Shown here piece by piece: positions 61,414 through 64,000 of a stretch of 64,000 bases of DNA. This DNA comes from an uncultured virus (IMG/VR IMGVR_UViG_3300037408_000925) (taxonomy: Duplodnaviria > Heunggongvirae > Uroviricota > Caudoviricetes). How positions within the stretch are numbered: position 1 is the stretch's first letter; each line of letters opens with the position of its first letter. The stretch is from IMG/VR virus record IMGVR_UViG_3300037408_000925. One strand, given 5' to 3'. The position numbers and the translations under genes are program-made. The notes under the pieces were generated by a model that was not told where the DNA came from, searched no databases, and worked only from the letters and a program-made list of their open reading frames with translations.

Positions 61414-62673
61414 ATGATTTATATGAGAACAAATAGTATAATATCAATTCTAAGAAAAAGAAGAGCATTGAGAAGAAGAGCATCAAGAAGAATCAAGTAC
61501 GCTGAGGCTTTACAACTACTAAAAGCTTATGAAAACAATAATCTAAAGATAAAAACACTTATAGATAACAAATTACAACCCAATAAATCTATCTCAAATA
61601 AATGTACTCTTGATGGATGTGGTCACCCTATTAGATATGAATATGTATTAGTTACAATAGATACTGGTATTGAAAAAGTTGTAGGGTCAACTTGTGTTGC
61701 TGTTATGCTTGACTTAAGTAAAGAACAGATAAAAGAATTTTCTAAAATTGAAACTACTATGAAAGACTTCCATGATATGCTTCTTTGGAGAAAAACAAAC
61801 ATGGATGTATGGGAGAAACTACAGGAAATTAAAAAACTTAATCTCGAATGGTTCAAACCCTTTTGGGAAGAAGTGGATTTTAGTAGATTACATCCAGAAG
61901 ATGAAGATTTTATAAGAAGTCTTTCTATAGATGAAGCTATTAAATACAATGAAGACAAAAAACCTATAGTAGGAAATACACTTAAAAGAACTAGAGGACC
62001 TAATAAACCAAAAGTAACAACTCCTACCGTAACTCAAACAATAACAACTCCTCCTGTAACTCAAACACTTACTCCTTCTGTAGACCCAATAATTGTTTCT
62101 AATGGAAACCCTTTTGAGATAATACTAAATGAAATAATGTCTACTGTTGATACTCAAACTAATACTCAAACTAATACTCAAACTAGTACTCAAACTAGTA
62201 CTCAAACTAATACTCCTCCTGTTGATACCCAAACTCAAGCTCAAAAAGAAGAGCAGTATAAAGTACTTGTTGGTATGTTAGGAGATTTATGTAAAAAGTA
62301 CCCTAGTAGTACTCTGTTAGCCAGTATTAAAACTCAGCATGAGAGTGGAAAAACTCTCACTGAGAATCAATTATATTGGATTAAGGTATGGATAAATGAT
62401 GATTACTTTCAAACTAAGATTAAAGGTACTCCTAGAGAAGATGATTACAATAATTGTGATAAACCTATCAAAGATTTGTTTGTATCTTTAGTAGAATCTA
62501 AAGATATACATATCTATATGATGGATATAGACAAGCTTTATACATCTAAGTTGGTATCTATGATAAGTAAGTACAAAAGACAGTTCAATGAGAAGATTTT
62601 GGATATGAATGACATAAACATGAAAAATAATTGGATGTACTTTAGAATAAAACATCAAATTATTTTAAAGTAG
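61414..62673 (+). CDS. Hypothetical protein with a Zn-binding motif and T/Q-rich linker
   Basis: C....CGHPIRY...VGSTC; TQT(N/S) tandem repeats at ~62150-62215. Confidence 0.6.
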   Translation: MIYMRTNSIISILRKRRALRRRASRRIKYAEALQLLKAYENNNLKIKTLIDNKLQPNKSISNKCTLDGCGHPIRYEYVLVTIDTGIEKVVGSTCVAVMLDLSKEQIKEFSKIETTMKDFHDMLLWRKTNMDVWEKLQEIKKLNLEWFKPFWEEVDFSRLHPEDEDFIRSLSIDEAIKYNEDKKPIVGNTLKRTRGPNKPKVTTPTVTQTITTPPVTQTLTPSVDPIIVSNGNPFEIILNEIMSTVDTQTNTQTNTQTSTQTSTQTNTPPVDTQTQAQKEEQYKVLVGMLGDLCKKYPSSTLLASIKTQHESGKTLTENQLYWIKVWINDDYFQTKIKGTPREDDYNNCDKPIKDLFVSLVESKDIHIYMMDIDKLYTSKLVSMISKYKRQFNEKILDMNDINMKNNWMYFRIKHQIILK

Positions 62674-62745
62674 TAAATGAATAACTCTCTTATATACAAA
62701 TACTATAAAATATTATTAAAAATTATATGTAAGAGAGGTATTTTT

Positions 62746-63123
62746 ATGAGAAGACAGGTAAATTCAATTACAGAAAGTACTGCCAAAATAAATATGGACG
62801 GAAAACCTAAAAAACTCCCTGCAAATATTAGAAAATTTGTTACATCAAGACTTCAAAAAGAGTACGGTAGTGGATATTTCCCCAAAATACCCCTAAAAGA
62901 GATATTTAATATTCTAAAAGAATCTTATATACTACCTGTAGATGAGTCTGGTGAGGAATGGTCAGGTATGCTTTTAGGAGACAGATCACACACATCTTTT
63001 GACCTTGTTATCTATGATAATGATACCCAAGAATTTGTACCTATCTCAGACTCTATGTTAGTATTAAGTTGGTACAAAATGGAACAGACAGGAAGATATG
63101 AAATCAACGCATACCTTTCTTAG
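62746..63123 (+). CDS. Hypothetical protein, putative late/virion protein
   Basis: GAGAGG RBS; upstream TTATATAC. Confidence 0.55.
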   Translation: MRRQVNSITESTAKINMDGKPKKLPANIRKFVTSRLQKEYGSGYFPKIPLKEIFNILKESYILPVDESGEEWSGMLLGDRSHTSFDLVIYDNDTQEFVPISDSMLVLSWYKMEQTGRYEINAYLS

Positions 63124-63215
63124 AGTAAATTAATTTAGTTAGTATTAAAAGAGATTATATATATAAAGTAGAATCTGTGTTATAAAGGTTCTACTTTTTT
63201 ATTGGAGGAATTTCT

Positions 63216-63749
63216 ATGGGAAGTACTGATGCAAATAAGGTATTAAATATGAATATGTTAAAAGGTCTATTTATGGCTAACCAAACAAGAATAGGTGTAG
63301 CCTCTGGAAGTTCTAGTATTGAGGAAATAAGAAGTACTAGAAATATACCTATGATTACAAGACAAGCCTCTATTATCTCAGGACTTCAAGTATCTATACC
63401 TGAAAGCTTTATCTACACCCTATTAGAAGAAGTAGCGGGTGAGCAGAAGGTATGGACTAAGGATGAGATTAAGGAATTACTATCAAAAAATGATAAGGCT
63501 GTATATAGAGCACTAAAAGTTATTTATAGTCTTCAGACTGATACAGAAAAAAGACAAGAGCAAACAGGAGAGGTTAATTCTGTTGGGTTTAGTAGTTATG
63601 ATTCTAAATTCTTAACAAGTCTTGCTAAACAGTATAGTGAGAGAGGTACTCTCTCTGTTAAACAATTAGAAGCTGCTAGAAAAGGTATGATGAAATACGC
63701 TGGACAGTTAGCTAAAATAGCTAATAAAAAAATTAGTGTGTCAGTATAG
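63216..63749 (+). CDS. Hypothetical phage protein
   Basis: C-terminal GF...D..FL.SLA.Q......LS.KQ...A.....KY..QL. Confidence 0.55.
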   Translation: MGSTDANKVLNMNMLKGLFMANQTRIGVASGSSSIEEIRSTRNIPMITRQASIISGLQVSIPESFIYTLLEEVAGEQKVWTKDEIKELLSKNDKAVYRALKVIYSLQTDTEKRQEQTGEVNSVGFSSYDSKFLTSLAKQYSERGTLSVKQLEAARKGMMKYAGQLAKIANKKISVSV

Positions 63750-63764
63750 AAGGGAGAAACTAAA

Positions 63765-64000
63765 ATGAAAAAAGTAATAGGTAGTATTATAGAAAGCTTG
63801 AGGTTGGTTAGGGAGAGTGTATGTGATGGTACTCTATCTGAGTCAAGTAAAACTAGTTTAGATAAATTTGATAAGGCTACCCTAGAAAAATATCGTAATT
63901 TGGTAGATCTAGTATATAAAAGAACTATGAACAGTGGGGATAAATCCTTAAAATCTTTTAGAGAGAGATTACAGGGTGATGTAGCTTCCTTTTATGCTAA
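63765..64000 (+). CDS. Hypothetical protein (3' partial), putative virion protein
   Basis: GGGAG RBS; MKKVIGSIIESLRLVRES; frame is open to the window end. Confidence 0.55.
   Translation, partial: MKKVIGSIIESLRLVRESVCDGTLSESSKTSLDKFDKATLEKYRNLVDLVYKRTMNSGDKSLKSFRERLQGDVASFYA

Noticed and set aside
1..64000. Genome-wide TAG recoding
   Set aside because: TAG ends intact genes at homologous positions (the 56492 tag ends LL-TAG where the others end LL-TAA), and no suppressor tRNA was found.

Overview
This AT-rich window has all credible genes on the + strand and reads as part of a large (probably jumbo) phage of spore-forming Clostridia. Supporting evidence includes sigmaA-type promoters, GGAGG ribosome-binding sites, SLH/S-layer genes, SpoVT/AbrB/sigma regulators, ThyX/Tdk/dCMP deaminase, a Dda/RecD-like helicase, two orphan adenine MTases and 11 tRNAs without encoded CCA. 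No capsid or terminase gene is recognisable here. Highlights: (1) a stand-alone RAMP/Cas7-like gene (52963-53619) is followed by a non-coding, hairpin-bounded array of strictly phased pentamers (conserved trinucleotide plus variable NN), split into units by GGCA, and then a small accessory gene. This is a candidate non-CRISPR RNA-guided system with a gapped guide code. (2) An ncRNA island at 39.3-41.9 kb holds three Y-RNA-like tRNA mimics, a ~350-nt RNA with two circularly permuted tRNA-like domains next to an uncharacterised gene, two orphan TnpB omegaRNA-like scaffolds and a duplicated pseudoknot; a Ro60/TROVE gene lies 10 kb away. (3) Ten proteins, including three unrelated to the rest, share the C-terminal tag (R/K)(K/R)E(V/I)APLSDL(K/R)xRVKD(L/I)L. 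(4) The motif ACCCTAA is strongly enriched and strand-biased. All family calls come from motif recognition by eye; no database searches were run.
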